This document shows, one piece after another, positions 1 to 12,454 of a DNA stretch of 64,000 nucleotides. Within the stretch, counting starts at the first letter, position 1, and each line of letters opens with the position of its first letter. The DNA comes from Squalus acanthias (Eukaryota), in NCBI GenBank assembly GCA_030390025.1, contig CM059425.1:172920001-172984000 (forward strand), given 5' to 3'. The notes beneath the pieces were generated by a model. That model worked only from the letters and a program-made list of their open reading frames with translations, was not told the origin of the DNA and did not search any database. Both the position numbers and the translations under genes were made by a program.

Positions 1-430
1 TGAAATGCAGCTGGCACAGTGGACTGCTGCAGAATCAAGGCATCATGACTGCTGCCAGGATACCGGGCATTAACCTACATGATTCGCTGCCTATGGTCAC
101 ACACCAGCTGAACATTGAGGGAGTGGAATTCCTTTTGTTTCCGATATGACAGAGTTTACATGCGGTGCCTGCAAAGCGATGTACGGCAGTCAATGGCACC
201 CTGCACCATGGGGAAGCCTGCAGTCCTAGTGAAACCATGTGCTCGCTCCGCCTGCTGGTCTCTGGCAAGAGAGAATGAAATGTAGTCAACTCTCTTTGAA
301 AAGAGAGCCTCAGTGACCTCCCTTACGCAACAGTGGATGGCAAACTGTGAGATGTTGCAAATATCTCCGGCTCCAGCCTGGAAGGAGCCCGACGCATAAA
401 AGTTCAACACCACAAAGGTCAGGTGTGGGA
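1..430 (-). pseudogene. Harbinger (HARBI1-like) DDE transposase fragment
   Basis: LNFYASGSFQ...ISQFAIHCCVREVTEALF...GFPMVQGAIDC, followed by a frameshifted FHSL..LVCDH..YPGSSHDA segment. Confidence 0.9.
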
Positions 431-685
431 CAAATGCTGAAAGGGGAATTGGGGTTGTGGTCACTGGGACTGCAGGCGGAAGATTCCATCCTGGATATCC
501 TGGCCAGAAAGGGGCTGTCTGGGATGCATCCTTCCTTCTGCTTCCTCCTCTTCTGCGTCTTCCTCTTCCCTCTGTGAGCAGGTTATCCCCTTCGCTGCCT
601 CTGCTACATCTCCATGTACCCACCCCCCCCTGCCCCCCCCCCCCCCCCCCCCCCAGGACTGTGAGCAAGTGGTCTTCTCAGAGGC

Positions 686-841
686 AAAATACTGCAGATG
701 CTGGAAATCTGAAATAAAAACACAAAATGCTGGAAATACTCAGCAGGTCAGGCAGCTCATCTCGACCTGAGACGTGAACTTTGTTTCTTTTTCCACAGAT
801 GCTGCCTGACCTGCTGAATATTTCCAGCATTTTCTGTCTTT
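686..841. mobile_element. Penelope-like terminal-repeat fragment folded back on itself
   Basis: AAATGCTGGAAATACTCAGCAGGTCAGGCAGC and its inverted copy; same family as 49013-49345; flanked by 8-bp direct repeat TCAGAGGC (678-685, 842-849). Confidence 0.6.
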
Positions 842-1379
842 TCAGAGGCCTTCTTTTACCATCTCAAACCTTGCAAGCATCCAACAGCACTCCCTGCACA
901 CTTTAACAACTTTAAACATCTGTTGCACCAAGCCACTACTGCAATAAAATATAAAAAGAGTCCAAAAGCTAAAATCCAAACTTACCTGAAAGATGCATGT
1001 GACCTTTTAAGAAGTGCGAACAGCGTCTTTGCAGGGCTGCTACACGCACGCTTTTCAGTGCGTAATCAGGACACAGCGTAATGGAGAGCGAGATCGTCCA
1101 AATTAGCGGTCATGGCGTCAAATCAGGCGTTGCACGCCAATTGACGTCACGATCTGCTTCTTTAAATTTGAGAGGCCAGCACTATTAACGGCAGCGCTGT
1201 GGCCCTTACCAAAATGGCGGCTACTGTGTCCTATGCCAGAAGCAAGGCGACCACCGTTTTTTCTACAAAACCAGCCTTAACAGCATCGAATTTCTAGGCC
1301 TTTGAAAATGATTTTCAAGAAGTATTAAATACTTTTTGATTGTACTCTGCTGCTTTACTGTCAAGGACAGCTACTTTCA

Positions 1380-1660
1380 CCTCTCCTCTGGCATTCAGCT
1401 CGTGTGTTCATGTCTGGATCAAGGCTGCGATGAGCTGAGTAATTCTGGTGAGTAGGGTATTGATGAGTAGGTGTCGATTGATTGCACTACTGATGACTCC
1501 TTCCATCGTTATATTGATAATTAGTGGACTGATAGGGCAGCAATTGCCAGGGTAGATTTATCCTGTTGTTTTATGGATAGGACATATCTGAGAAATCTTT
1601 CACATTCTTGGGTAGCTGCCAGTGTCATGGCTGCGTTGGAACAGTGTGACCTTTCCAGCA
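1380..1660 (-). mobile_element. Degraded LINE reverse transcriptase fragment (probably the family at 62692-63885)
   Basis: Minus strand reads QDKS followed by a degraded NYRPISLL/MEGV-like segment typical of the RT N-terminal region. Confidence 0.55.
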
Positions 1661-1914
1661 ATGGACAGGTCTATCCCTGTGGAAGATCCGGCAGAAGTTA
1701 TGGTGAGTGAGCAGGAGAACCCCAGTGGAAATTTCCCCTCTGGCATTTTCCCTTGAGCATTTCCCTTTACCTGTGTTATTAGGACAAAGGCAAGGAAGAT
1801 CAGAAGCAACAATGAAGGGAGACTGATCAGGCTCCATTGGTGTTGTCACATACTCATGCCACTGTATCTGCAGATCCAGGCAGTCTTATCTGAACCTCAA
1901 TATTCGCCAATACT

Positions 1915-2035
1915 TATCACAGAATCATACTGCACAGAAGGAGGCCATTCGGCTCATTGTGCCTGTGTTGACTCTTTGAAAAAGCTATCCAATTAGTCCC
2001 GCTCTTTCCCCATAGCCCTACAATTTTTTTCTTTT
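1915..2035 (-). mobile_element. CR1 LINE 3' tail fragment
   Basis: CACAGAAGGAGGCCATTCGGC 3'UTR motif shared with the other CR1 ends in the window. Confidence 0.7.
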
Positions 2036-4720
2036 TCAATGCTTGAAAGGGCTATGCTTCCCTTCGCAGGCAATAACAGAATTGTACTTGTCCTGAATCT
2101 GAGTTCAAATTTACCAAAGGCACCAGATTATCAGCAGCAGTGAAAATAACTATGGCACTCAGCTATGCCACAGGTTCCTTTTGGACTACAGTGGGGTCAT
2201 TCACCAGCCAATTGGGGGTCCACCACTGCATTAAGCAAGTTACTGACACCTTGTTTGTGTGAGCTGTTACGTCCATCTTCTTGAACATTATGATGAAAGG
2301 GCTATACATTTTTACGGACTGACTGGATTTCCTCAAGGGACTATCAACAGGACTCATGTCCCATACATGCCCCATTTGAGAATACAGGCAACTTTGTCAA
2401 CAGGTGAGGGTATCACTTGTTTAATGTTCAGCTATTGTAAGATGCCAAGCACCTCATTATGCTTGTCAACACGTGCTATCCAGGGAACTACCACAATTTC
2501 TTTGTTTTACAATAGCCCACAAACCCATCAATGTTCACTGTTCAAAGCCAGGTGGCTGGATAGCTGATGACCAAGGTGGTCATGGCGTGAGCTCATGGTA
2601 CAGACAACATCTCCGGTGCTGTTGGAAGAGTAGTCTTGTTCTGGATACTTTCTCCCACATGCGTATGGATTTGAGAGGGCTGATGGGAGGAAACACACTT
2701 GTCCTCATCCTAAGAGATAGCATCATCATGCATACACACATTTAACAGCCCACAAGTTATGGCTAACCATTAACCAGTAGGAATGCAGACCAGATGGTAC
2801 AAACCAGAACTTGGAAGCCCTGAGAGACACCTGTCTGTATTCTAACCCCAATTGTTTGGAGACTGAAGAAATAGCCCTCTCCACTCTGCTGCGCAAGGTG
2901 TTCAGGGCAGCAGTCACAGCATCCATGCCAGAGCTATGCCTGTCCTTTGATCCTCTTCTGGGTAGGCCTTTGCTGCAGAATTTGCTGGAGCTGCTACAGC
3001 CTCTAGGGTTGACTGCATAGCTATGCACACACCCATCATGGTGTTGCAAATCCAGCAAGGGTCTCCTCTAACTGACCCACTATCTGCCACATTTTCTGGG
3101 ACACTGCCTCAATTGCCTGGATATGCATGATTCTTTTAAATGTAAGACCCCCGAGATCTGGGTCCCGAGGTGCCTCATCCATGGATAAGCATCTCTTGTC
3201 CCGCCAGACAGCAATAACTTCTTCCTCATCTGCAACTTCAAGAGCTTCTTTGCTTCTCGTGCTCTGTATATCATACGTGATCTCCCCTCAGTCTTACTAA
3301 CTAAGCCCTCCTGGGTGGATATCTCTGGACTGGTGCTTGTGAGTAGGAGATTCAGTGATGAGGTGGGTGAAGTAAGGTTGGCGCAGCCGAAGCCGAAGGC
3401 TATGATTGTGTGGCTGCTCCTCTTCTACATGTTGCTATGGTTTCCCTAGAAGAAGAGATTAACATGAGAACAACATCTCAAATGACCAGCGCAATTTTAG
3501 AATGAGTTATAAGATTGTGAGGAGAGGTTGCATTTGAGTAGTGGGAACTGAAGAGGCATGAACATGGAGTTTTCTGACCAATTTGCTGGTGGCAACTCCC
3601 CTACTTCTCTGTCCCCTACTGCTCCTGCCATATTCCTCCCCACCAGTTCCAAGGGTGAGAAAAAGATGTGTTAGGGGCATTCCCTGGTGGCATTTCTCTA
3701 TTTTGTGCAGTTTTTTTCTTTAAGAAGAGAGTAAATTGTGAATGCGCTCTGCTTGTCATTATATGGAATGCAACCCAGGTGTGAGTAAACATGGGGAAGA
3801 GATCAAGCGCAAGAAATCAGCAAATACATAAGCGAGTCTTTTAAATTTTTTCTGCATGTTCAGCTATGAGAAAAGGAAGGAAGGAGATGTGAAAGTTCTT
3901 GAGTTTCCTCATGGACATTTCAGGGAAACAGTACATGGTGTGGAACAGAAGGAGGGCAAGATGGGTGGGAATGGAAAGCATGTTTTTAAGTTTGTATTAC
4001 TTCCTGTTGTGACTGTCTCCTCTTACTTTGGCTAACCTGGTGAGGTCATTAAACTTTTTCCAGCACTAAGTTGCCAGCAATGCTTTCTGGAGATGGTGCA
4101 CACTGCCAATTGTGTCCTTCTTCTACTGTGCCTGCACTGCAGCATTGGTGGGTCTCCTTCCTTCGACATCAAAAATGTTAGATCTCTTTGCCTTATTGAA
4201 GAGAATAACATCTCAAATGATGAGTCAGAAGACTTGGGGCTTTGTGCCTCAAATAGGCAGCTGCTAATAGTGTAATGCTATTTCAAGTTGTTCCACCAAC
4301 AAAACAGTTGCCCTGACCATTTAAGGTGCTGCAGCCCCATAAATTCTGCAGGATGACTGTATTTATCTTCTCCTCCCCACCAAAAGTGGCAGGTCTGAAA
4401 AGAAGGTGTAAATAATGCTGGAAGGTGAAGAATATATAGAGTTAATGTATTTATGAAATATAAACTTGATGCACTGGAACATAGAACTGATGTACTAATA
4501 AGCTAAAGAATCATTACTAGAGAGTTGGGAACTGCAGGTTCTTGGGGTGATGGATGGTAACCGGTTGCCAATAAAATATGCTGCGTAAAAAGGTATCTGG
4601 TACACATTGGACCGAGAATGGTAATCATCCTCATTAGCTAAGCTATCAATAAAGTGTATGTCTACTTATTAGTTTTACCTTATATGGACTTGTGTTGAAC
4701 TCTTCTGTTTGGTGTAATCA

Positions 4721-5010
4721 TGTAATGAGTAGACGTGGCAGTGGTCACGTACAGCCAGGGCTTGAGAGTTTAAAAGGAGTGATTTTTAGCAGCTCCAGTA
4801 AGCACACAAGTTAGGATATAACTAGCCCTGATTAGCAGATATTCGTGTCTCCCAGGTAGGGAATGTAATACCTTTTGGTCTATTGAAGTTTGGTTTTTAG
4901 GACTTTACTTTACGGTCTGTTTCACTGTTAAACCTGTGACTTGCAATAAAACCTATTAAAAAGGATTAAGTTGTGGAGTGTCTGCTTTGAGAGTTCGGAA
5001 CCAAATTACA
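4721..5010 (+). mobile_element. Possible solo LTR
   Basis: TGTAAT...ATTACA inverted ends, internal TTTAAAAGG TATA-like box and AATAAA; no target duplication found and the 5' boundary is uncertain. Confidence 0.3.
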
Positions 5011-7249
5011 AGTATTGAATGAATTTAACAGAGCCCACTTCTAATGATACAAGGAGGTGGACAAGGAAATTGAGCAGAGTCACCTTGGCTGGCAGAAGTA
5101 CAATCCTGGCGCACTTCTGGCAGTAACCGCACCCCAGAGGAAAAGCTAGGCCATTATCTTTAGAATAAGAATGGCAGACGCTGAAGATTCCACTGCATAA
5201 ATTTGTAAAGAGAAAGGATTAATCACAGAGCCTGACCAATATTGCTTCCAAAAGGAAATACCCGGCAGACTTATGGCAAGTGTGCACTGGACGAGTCGTG
5301 GGTTTTTGGCTCCAATATCTTCAGATAAATAAATGGCTTGGATCAGGTAATAACAAAAACTGAATGCACCGAGGTAATGCACAAAATGTAAAATTCAGGT
5401 GGTTGAAGGCGCCAATTATAATGACCAAGTAAGTAGAGTCATTTTCTTGTTTATAAATGGAAGTTCTGACAATGCACTCGGTGGTGCAATGTGAGCCTGT
5501 TATCAGTCACATCTGCTACTACTACATTAGTATTTTTATCCTTTCACGAAAACCTGATCAATTTTGTAAAAACGGTGTCAATGTTTCAGTGAAGGAAAGG
5601 CTCTCCTTCACTGCCTTAAGAAACAGGCCATCCTGAAATCTGTCCAATGAACCGATATTTCCCTTTAATTCTGCTACAATGATCTATTGTTTTCACTCAT
5701 GCAAAGATCATGTAATTTTCATCAAAATAAACCTTTATGCTAACACTTATGGGTCAGGATCAGAATTATTACAGTGTGTGAAGCACGCTAAGCCCGTAGG
5801 AGCTTATTTGAATGTATGTTAGCAGGCCACAGTTTATTAAGGAGCTAGTGCATTATTATAGACATTGTATAGTTTTTGAAATATACAGGCTCTGGGGTTA
5901 ACAGAAGCTGGTGGAAACATAATATACGGGCGACATACAGGTCTGTGGAAGGTGCAGCAGCTTCAAACAACACTATTTTAGGCCTGTCACTGATACGATG
6001 AACCTCTGTAACAGATAGTCTTCCTCTTGTACTGAGAGGCACCAGAACATGGACGTATGAGTGATTGCTCATTACTGCAGATGGCAGATTCATCCATGAG
6101 AATGTTCCTTTCAGGAAGTGCTGCAGAAACGCAGCCAGAAGCTACACGTGATGCCGCTAGAGACCTGAAACTATAACTTAAATCTTTTCAAGAGTTGCGG
6201 CACCGTTTCTGTGCCACATAAAAATGTTTTAGCAAAAATTAATCAAATTTTGTTTTGAGTAGAATTCTATTAAAGTCTATTAAATTCCATTAAAGTCTAA
6301 GATTCTCTATTATCTGTCTCTGTCAGCCGTCATTTAAATAGCTATCCAGATTTACAAAATGTCAGATTAGAAACAAAAATTCAATAGCAACAAATAGTAG
6401 AGAATATTTTATTGCTCAGTAATTCTCTCCCATCTTAATTGATGTAACAAGGTGTTTCCTATTTCGGGTCTGCAATAGATATTCTCTCAGGCTTAGCATC
6501 GACCGTCACTCTCGTAAGTAGACCTTGAATCCCCTACAAACTGGAGAGCTTTTTCTTTCTGTCTCTTTTTTCTCTCTCTCTTAATCCAATACAAAATGCA
6601 ATTTTTATGAACGTCAATAAATTGAATGAATGGAGGAACTTTATGTTGATCATTATTGTGAACTCCTTGTTGTTTTTGGAGGAACACTGATTTAAGGTCC
6701 TCCTGCTCTGCAGTATTTACTTTTTGCCTTTCCATTACTAAAACACTCTCCATCTTCATGCTGGTGACTCAATGAATTTCATGTTAGAGCAAGATAAGCC
6801 CCAATTATCCTGCTCATCTCAAATGCCGCTATTTCGTTGCTTTTTATTCTTTTGTTTTCAACTTCTTCATCTTTAATTAATGCTTTTATTAGCTGTATCC
6901 CAACTAGTTTATAAAATCAATTGTTTTTCTAAAAAGTAGTGAATAAATCTGTTAAAAATGTCAGAAATGAAATTTTCCAACATGATTTTAAATTCTACAT
7001 ACACAACAATAAATCACTATCAGAAAAATAATAGCTGGAGAAAGGCTTTAAGGATTGTTCTTCCATCATTGATTATGGAAAATTTCCTCTGCTTGTTACT
7101 TGTGAAATTTTGAACAAGGTTATAAAAAAACTTCTTTATGATATTGTATTCTCCTTGGTGTTTCATTTTGGGAGAGATTTTGAGACTTCCTGCCTGGCAG
7201 AAACAGGACGGTAGTGCCCCGAAATACTCATTTGCCCTCTTAGATAGAC

Positions 7250-7690
7250 ATAGAAGATTTCAAAGAGCAGGGGAGTTCTCCCAGCATCCTGGCTATTTAT
7301 TCTTCAGCCAACATCACCAAAACAAATTATCTGGTCATTATTGCATTGCTGTTTGTGGGACCTTACTGTGCACAAATTTGTTGCCTAGTTTTCCAGTATT
7401 ACAACAGTGACTATAAAAAAGGGGGCAAATTTAACCTAACCCATTCATTGGTAAACTGACAGGATTGGGGTCAACACTGGTTTTGCACCCCAACAGATTT
7501 TACTCTCCATTGAAGTCATGAAGAGCAATACTGGGCGGGGTGTAAAACCAACATTCCACCCAATTCCATAGGTTTCCCGTCCAGTGAATTAAGTTGAAAT
7601 TACCCCCTCTACTTCAAAAGTATTTCATTTGCTGAGAAGCACTTTGAGACATCCTGGCACTTTAGAAATGTAACTTTTTTTTTCTTTCTT
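7250..7690 (+). mobile_element. Deu-core SINE 3' fragment split by a MITE
   Basis: GAGCAGGGGAGTTCTCCC...CATTGCTGTTTGTGGGACCTT...ACTTCAAAAGTA matches the SINE at 38283-38726. Confidence 0.7.
7421..7607. mobile_element. Harbinger-type MITE (187 bp)
   Basis: Ends GGGGGCAAATTT / AAATTACCCCC with imperfect internal inverted repeats; interrupts the SINE. Confidence 0.65.
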
Positions 7691-8639
7691 GTCACGAGCC
7701 ATCTTGTCTTTTAAGCAGAGAAGTTGATTTGAGACGTTGGAAGTTTCAAGAGCACAAGCTGCATGACTTCCAAGGGCCCATTCTGCATCCTCACATTTGC
7801 CTGCCATCTTTTTCTGCATCTCATCCTAGATCCTCTGCGTACGCGATACAATATTGACTCTGCCCAGTGCCAAACAGGGAAACTTTCTTCACACCCACTT
7901 CATTGCTGCAGCAGCACCATTATTCATCTGTAAATGATGGGTTTCCTTTACTTGGGGGCTCAGTTTCACTTCCAGATACTCCATTTGCTGTCTTAGAATG
8001 TTTTTTTCTTCCAATGGGCACTTCCCTTTAAATGGTCACTTCACTTTGCTGCAGCACTGCTTACCTCGCCTCCCAGAGTATGAACTCCCAGGAGCAACCA
8101 TTGCATGGGTGGGAACGCACATAGAATACTCAATGAGTGCCAAACTCAGAAATATCAGGTAGAAACAACTGCCAGATTGATGTCCCACTGCGTATCATTC
8201 CTGCCCAATTTGTGCTGTTTCTAAAATTTCGAATCTCACAATATTTAACATAACTTACATCTCATTCTAGGATCACAACAGGGCTGGGTGTCGAAACACT
8301 TTTACTTTCCTTCAGATGGGCTTACTTCCACATTAATTAATTGCACATTAATTAAATTTGCATATATATATATATATGGTTGCATTTGAAGCACAGCAAA
8401 CAATATGAATGTAAATTAAAGAAAAATCAGTACATTCTTTAATAAAATATACTTTTAAGTGGATTTTGTATTTTTCTTATTTGCATACAAATGGTTTTAC
8501 TGTAACTTTATATGTAATTTATTAATTGTAAATGTTAATTTTTCTAGATGAATATTAAAACATGGTTCAAGATACAAATATTAAAATTATTAGTTACTAG
8601 ATTACGCTATCAATTAATAAAAGGAAAATTTTGTGTGAC

Positions 8640-8878
8640 TACCCCTCAGTGACATCATCCAGGAACACAACGTGAGTTTTCACATGTACGCTGATGATAC
8701 TCAGCTCTACCTCTTCTCCACCTCCCGCGAACCCTCCACCGTCTCTATACTATCAGACTGTTTGTCCAACATCCAGCACAGGACGAGTAGAAATTTCCTC
8801 CAATTTAATATCGGGAAGACTGAAGCCATTGTCTTCAGTTCACGCCACAAACTCCATTCCCTTTCCACTGATTCGATG
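8640..8878 (+). mobile_element. L2 LINE RT fragment
   Basis: FHMYADDTQLYL...LSDCLSNI...NFLQFNIGKTEAIVF. Confidence 0.85.
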
Positions 8879-9565
8879 ACATAGGATTACATAGGATATA
8901 CAGCACAGAAACAGGCCATTCGGCCCAACCAGTCCATGCTGGTGTTTATACTCCACTCGAGCCTCCTCCCGTCTTTCCTCATCTAACTCTATCAGCATAA
9001 CCCTCTATTCCCTTCTCCCTCATATGCTTATCTAGCCTTCCCTTAAATGCATCTATACTAATTGCTTCAACCATTTCCTGTGGTAGCAAGTTCCACATTC
9101 TCACCACTCTCTGGGTAAAGAAGTTTCTTCTGAATTCCCTATTGGATTTCTTGGTGACTATTTTATATTAATGGCCTCTAGTTTTGCTCTTCCCCACAAG
9201 TGGAAACACTCTCTCTCTATCTACTCTATCAAAACCTTTCATAATTTTAAAGATCTCTATTAGGTCACCCTTCAGCCTTCTCTTTTCAAGAGAAAAGAAA
9301 CCCAGCCTGTTCATCCTTTCCTGATATGTATACACTCACATTTCAGGTATCATTCTTGTAAATCTTTTCTGTACCCTCTCCAGTGCTTCTATATCCTTTT
9401 TATAATATGACGACCAGAATTGTACGCAGTACTCCCAAGTGTGGTCTAACGAAGGTTCGATACAAGTTTAGCATAACTTCTCTACTTTTCAATTCAGTCC
9501 CTCTAGAAATAAACCCTAGTGCTTGGTTTGCTTTTTAATGGCCTTGTTAACCTGTGTTGCTACTT
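8879..9565 (-). mobile_element. CR1 LINE, 5'-truncated
   Basis: Short-repeat tail at 8879, CR1 3'UTR, and ORF2 C-terminal motifs (GDLIEIFKIM, FFTQRVVRMWN) on the minus strand. Confidence 0.85.
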
Positions 9566-9574
9566 TTTTTTATC

Positions 9575-9890
9575 ATTCTTTGGGATCTGGGTGTTGCTTA
9601 CAAGACCGGCATTTATTGCCCATCCCTAGTTGCCCTTGAGAAGGTGTTGGTGGGCCTTCTTAAACTGCTGCAGTCTGTGTGGCAAAGGTGTTCCCAGAAT
9701 GATGTTAGTTAGGGAGTTCCAGAATTTTGACCCAGTGACGATGAAGGAGTATGTCCAAGTCAGGGTGGGTGGTGTATGGCTTGGAGGGGAACTTGTAGGT
9801 GATGGTGTTCCCATGCACCTGCTACTTCTGTCCTTCTAGATGGTGGCGGTCGTGGATTTGCCAAAGAAGCCTTGGCATGTTGCTGTACAT
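9575..9890 (-). mobile_element. LINE 3' end (HLLKGN family)
   Basis: ORF ends ...FKKAHQHLLKGN*; homologous to 62692-63050. Confidence 0.8.
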
Positions 9891-10642
9891 ATACAGTTTA
9901 TTGTATGCAGTTCAAAAGATAAAAGGGGCTTTTTAAACTTGAACCTAAATGGTGATTACCACTAATTTACCCCTAATTTAGAGTAAATGGTCACAGGAGT
10001 GTTAAGCACTTTGGGGTAGCTTTATGGAAAGTAACACATGGACAGGGATGTGCCCCTGAAACATCCTCATGAATTATCTGGTTTCACTCATGGAAAAAAC
10101 AAGGGCACCGATGTTTATGGGGAGGGTGTGGCGCAGTGCTATAGCGCGGAGCAAACCCGGCAAGGCTGTGGACACGAGGAAGTCCTGTCGAATTTAAAGG
10201 CAGGGCCTCATAATTTTTTCAGGTTGACAGGCTGGCCGACTGCTGGGCGGAAAAACCAGTGGCAGGAGACAGCAGTCCTTAGGGATGGGTCCCGGTGATC
10301 GGATCGCGGGGCAGGCTGTAGATCAGGGCTTGTGGGGGAGGTCGGCGATTGCGGAAGGGGGGAGAGAGAGGCCATGATTGGCAGAGGGGAGGCCGAAAGC
10401 TTCCTTGAGGAGCCGGAGGAGCACTCATGCTCATCATAGCCCACAAGGAGTGCTATAAAGAGCACTAACCTTCCGGAGCCGGCAGCTCCCATCTCCGTTT
10501 CGCTGCCGGGTTTCTCGAGCCTTGGGAAATCCACACGGCAGCAGTTAAATTTAAATCATACTCCCACTTGCACTGTGGGCGCCTGATTTAATTATGATAA
10601 TAAAGTGTCCCGTCTCTCCAAGATGGGACAATCGCACACCAT

Positions 10643-11307
10643 GGGCTGGATTTTCATTGACCCGTGGAGGTGGGTTTGGAGGCGTGTGGGGGGTTAAAAT
10701 TGCGAAAACTGGCGGGTGGGCACAAGCCCGCCTCCATCCCACCTCCACGCAATTTTCATTAAATCATGTCTACTGGTCCCAACTCCGTCCCGCCTCTAAG
10801 AGGCGGGATAGGCTGTTAAGGCCCTTAACAAGCACTAAATTGCCTCTATAATGCCATTTTGAAAGGCCTTTGTGATTTTAACCCTTTTTCTACCTGAAGC
10901 ATGCCTGTTCTGAACCACGAATGTGAAACCTGGCGGGAGCACATTTGGCTGGCTGGATGGATGACATATCTGGGAGTGGTGGTGGATGGGAGACATATCT
11001 GGGAGTGGTGGTGCAAAAATATCTGGGAGCAGACTTAGGGCTGCTGCTGCTCATTTTGCATCCAGGTCCTCTCACAGCAAAGGCCAGGCAGTCTTTGCAG
11101 ACCTTCAATGCAGCAGCAATGATGACATCATCAGAGGCGACTTTCAGACTGAAAACACTAATTGGGTCATGGGTTCCCACATGCTGGAACTCAATTGCCC
11201 AATTAGGTGAAAATCGCATCAATCTCCCACATCCAATTGCAGTCGGGTGGATAACACGAAAAGTGGATGACACGACCCCAACCCGCCCCAGTATCAAAAT
11301 CCAGCCC
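10643..11307. mobile_element. Harbinger-type MITE (665 bp), probably nested in an older GC-rich repeat (~10110-11450)
   Basis: Perfect 12-bp TIR GGGCTGGATTTT / AAAATCCAGCCC; flanking triplets CAT / CTT. Confidence 0.75.
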
Positions 11308-11849
11308 CTTGTTTCCCGTCGCTATAAAAACAGCAATGAGCACGTACATGGCAGGCTGGGGACATATTCCATGTTTTTTAGGGTTTAACCCCCCCGACCT
11401 CCTCCCACCCATCGTGGGAGGGTTATTTTCGAGGTCAGGAATTACAACTATTCCCCACTGTATAACTATACACAGTTCTTTTTCAGAACTAATTACCAAT
11501 GTGTTTATTAAAATGTGCTGCACATCTCAGCTTCACGCTTAGCTGTGAATTTCAGCAGAACATTGCAAGTTCTATTATCTTTTCATACTTTTTCTGATGC
11601 ATCTGTTGTTGATACATTATTGCTTTGGCTTTATGCTATCGTCAAAGGAATTTATTTCCAAGGATTGAAGTCACATGTGAAGGCTGTCAAAAAACCTCGG
11701 TGCAACTTAGAATTGATAAGTAATGTTTTCATTGCTTTAAAGTGATGCTTGTTTCCAAAACCCTGAAAGGACTGCATATGCTATCATTTTCTTATAAGAA
11801 AGGTCATGTAGAATGGATGCAGAATATTTTTGTGCTTCAGTAAGTTCCC

Positions 11850-12440
11850 AACAACAATAACTTATATTTATATAGCACGTGATAAAACGTCCCAAGGCGC
11901 TTCACAGGAGTGTTATCAAAAAAGAACAAAATTTGACACCGAGCCATTTAAGGAGATGTTAGGGCAGATGACCAAAAACTTGGTCAAAGAGGTAGGCTTA
12001 AAGGAGCATCTTAAAGGAGGAAAGAGAAGTGGAGAGGTGGAGAGATTTAGGGAGAGAATTCCAGAGCTTAGGAACTAGGCAGCTGAAGGCCGACCGCCTA
12101 TGGTGGAGCATTTAAATTTGGGGATGTTCAAAAGGCCAGAATAGGTGGAGCGCAGAGGTCTAGGGGGCTTATAGGGCTGGAGGAGATTACAGAGATAATG
12201 AGGGGTGAGGTCCTGCAGGAATTTGAAAACAAGGATGAGAATTTTAAAATCGAGGCGTTGCTTAACAACTGGGAGCCAATGTAGGTCAGCAAGTACAGGG
12301 GAGATGGGTGAGTGTGACTTGGTGCGAGTTAGCACACGGGTGGCAGAGTTTTGGATGACCTCAAGTTTATGGAGAGTAGAAGTAGGGAGACCGGCCAGGA
12401 GTGCGTTTGAATAGTCAAGTCTAGAGGTGATAAAGGCATA
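11850..12440 (-). mobile_element. L2 LINE 3' part
   Basis: YAFITSRLDYSNALLAGLP...LHKLEVIQNSATRVLTRT...LHWLPV...FKILILVFK, then an L2-type 3' tail. Confidence 0.9.
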
Positions 12441-12454
12441 TAAGAGGGTGGGAG

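Larger units (their letters stand above)
1..1300 (-). mobile_element. Degenerate, rearranged Harbinger element (transposase-side end); runs off the window start
   Basis: TIR-like AATTTCTAGGCC at 1289-1300 is the reverse complement of GGCCTAGAAATT, also seen at 43011 and 60391; transposase remnants lie inside. Confidence 0.8.

Noticed and set aside
620..654. Poly-C run giving a Pro/Gly-rich ORF (also 17629-17649)
   Set aside because: Homopolymer tract with unreliable length and no coding support
2160..3300. Possible old retroelement coding remnant
   Set aside because: Only a faint resemblance, with no diagnostic motif
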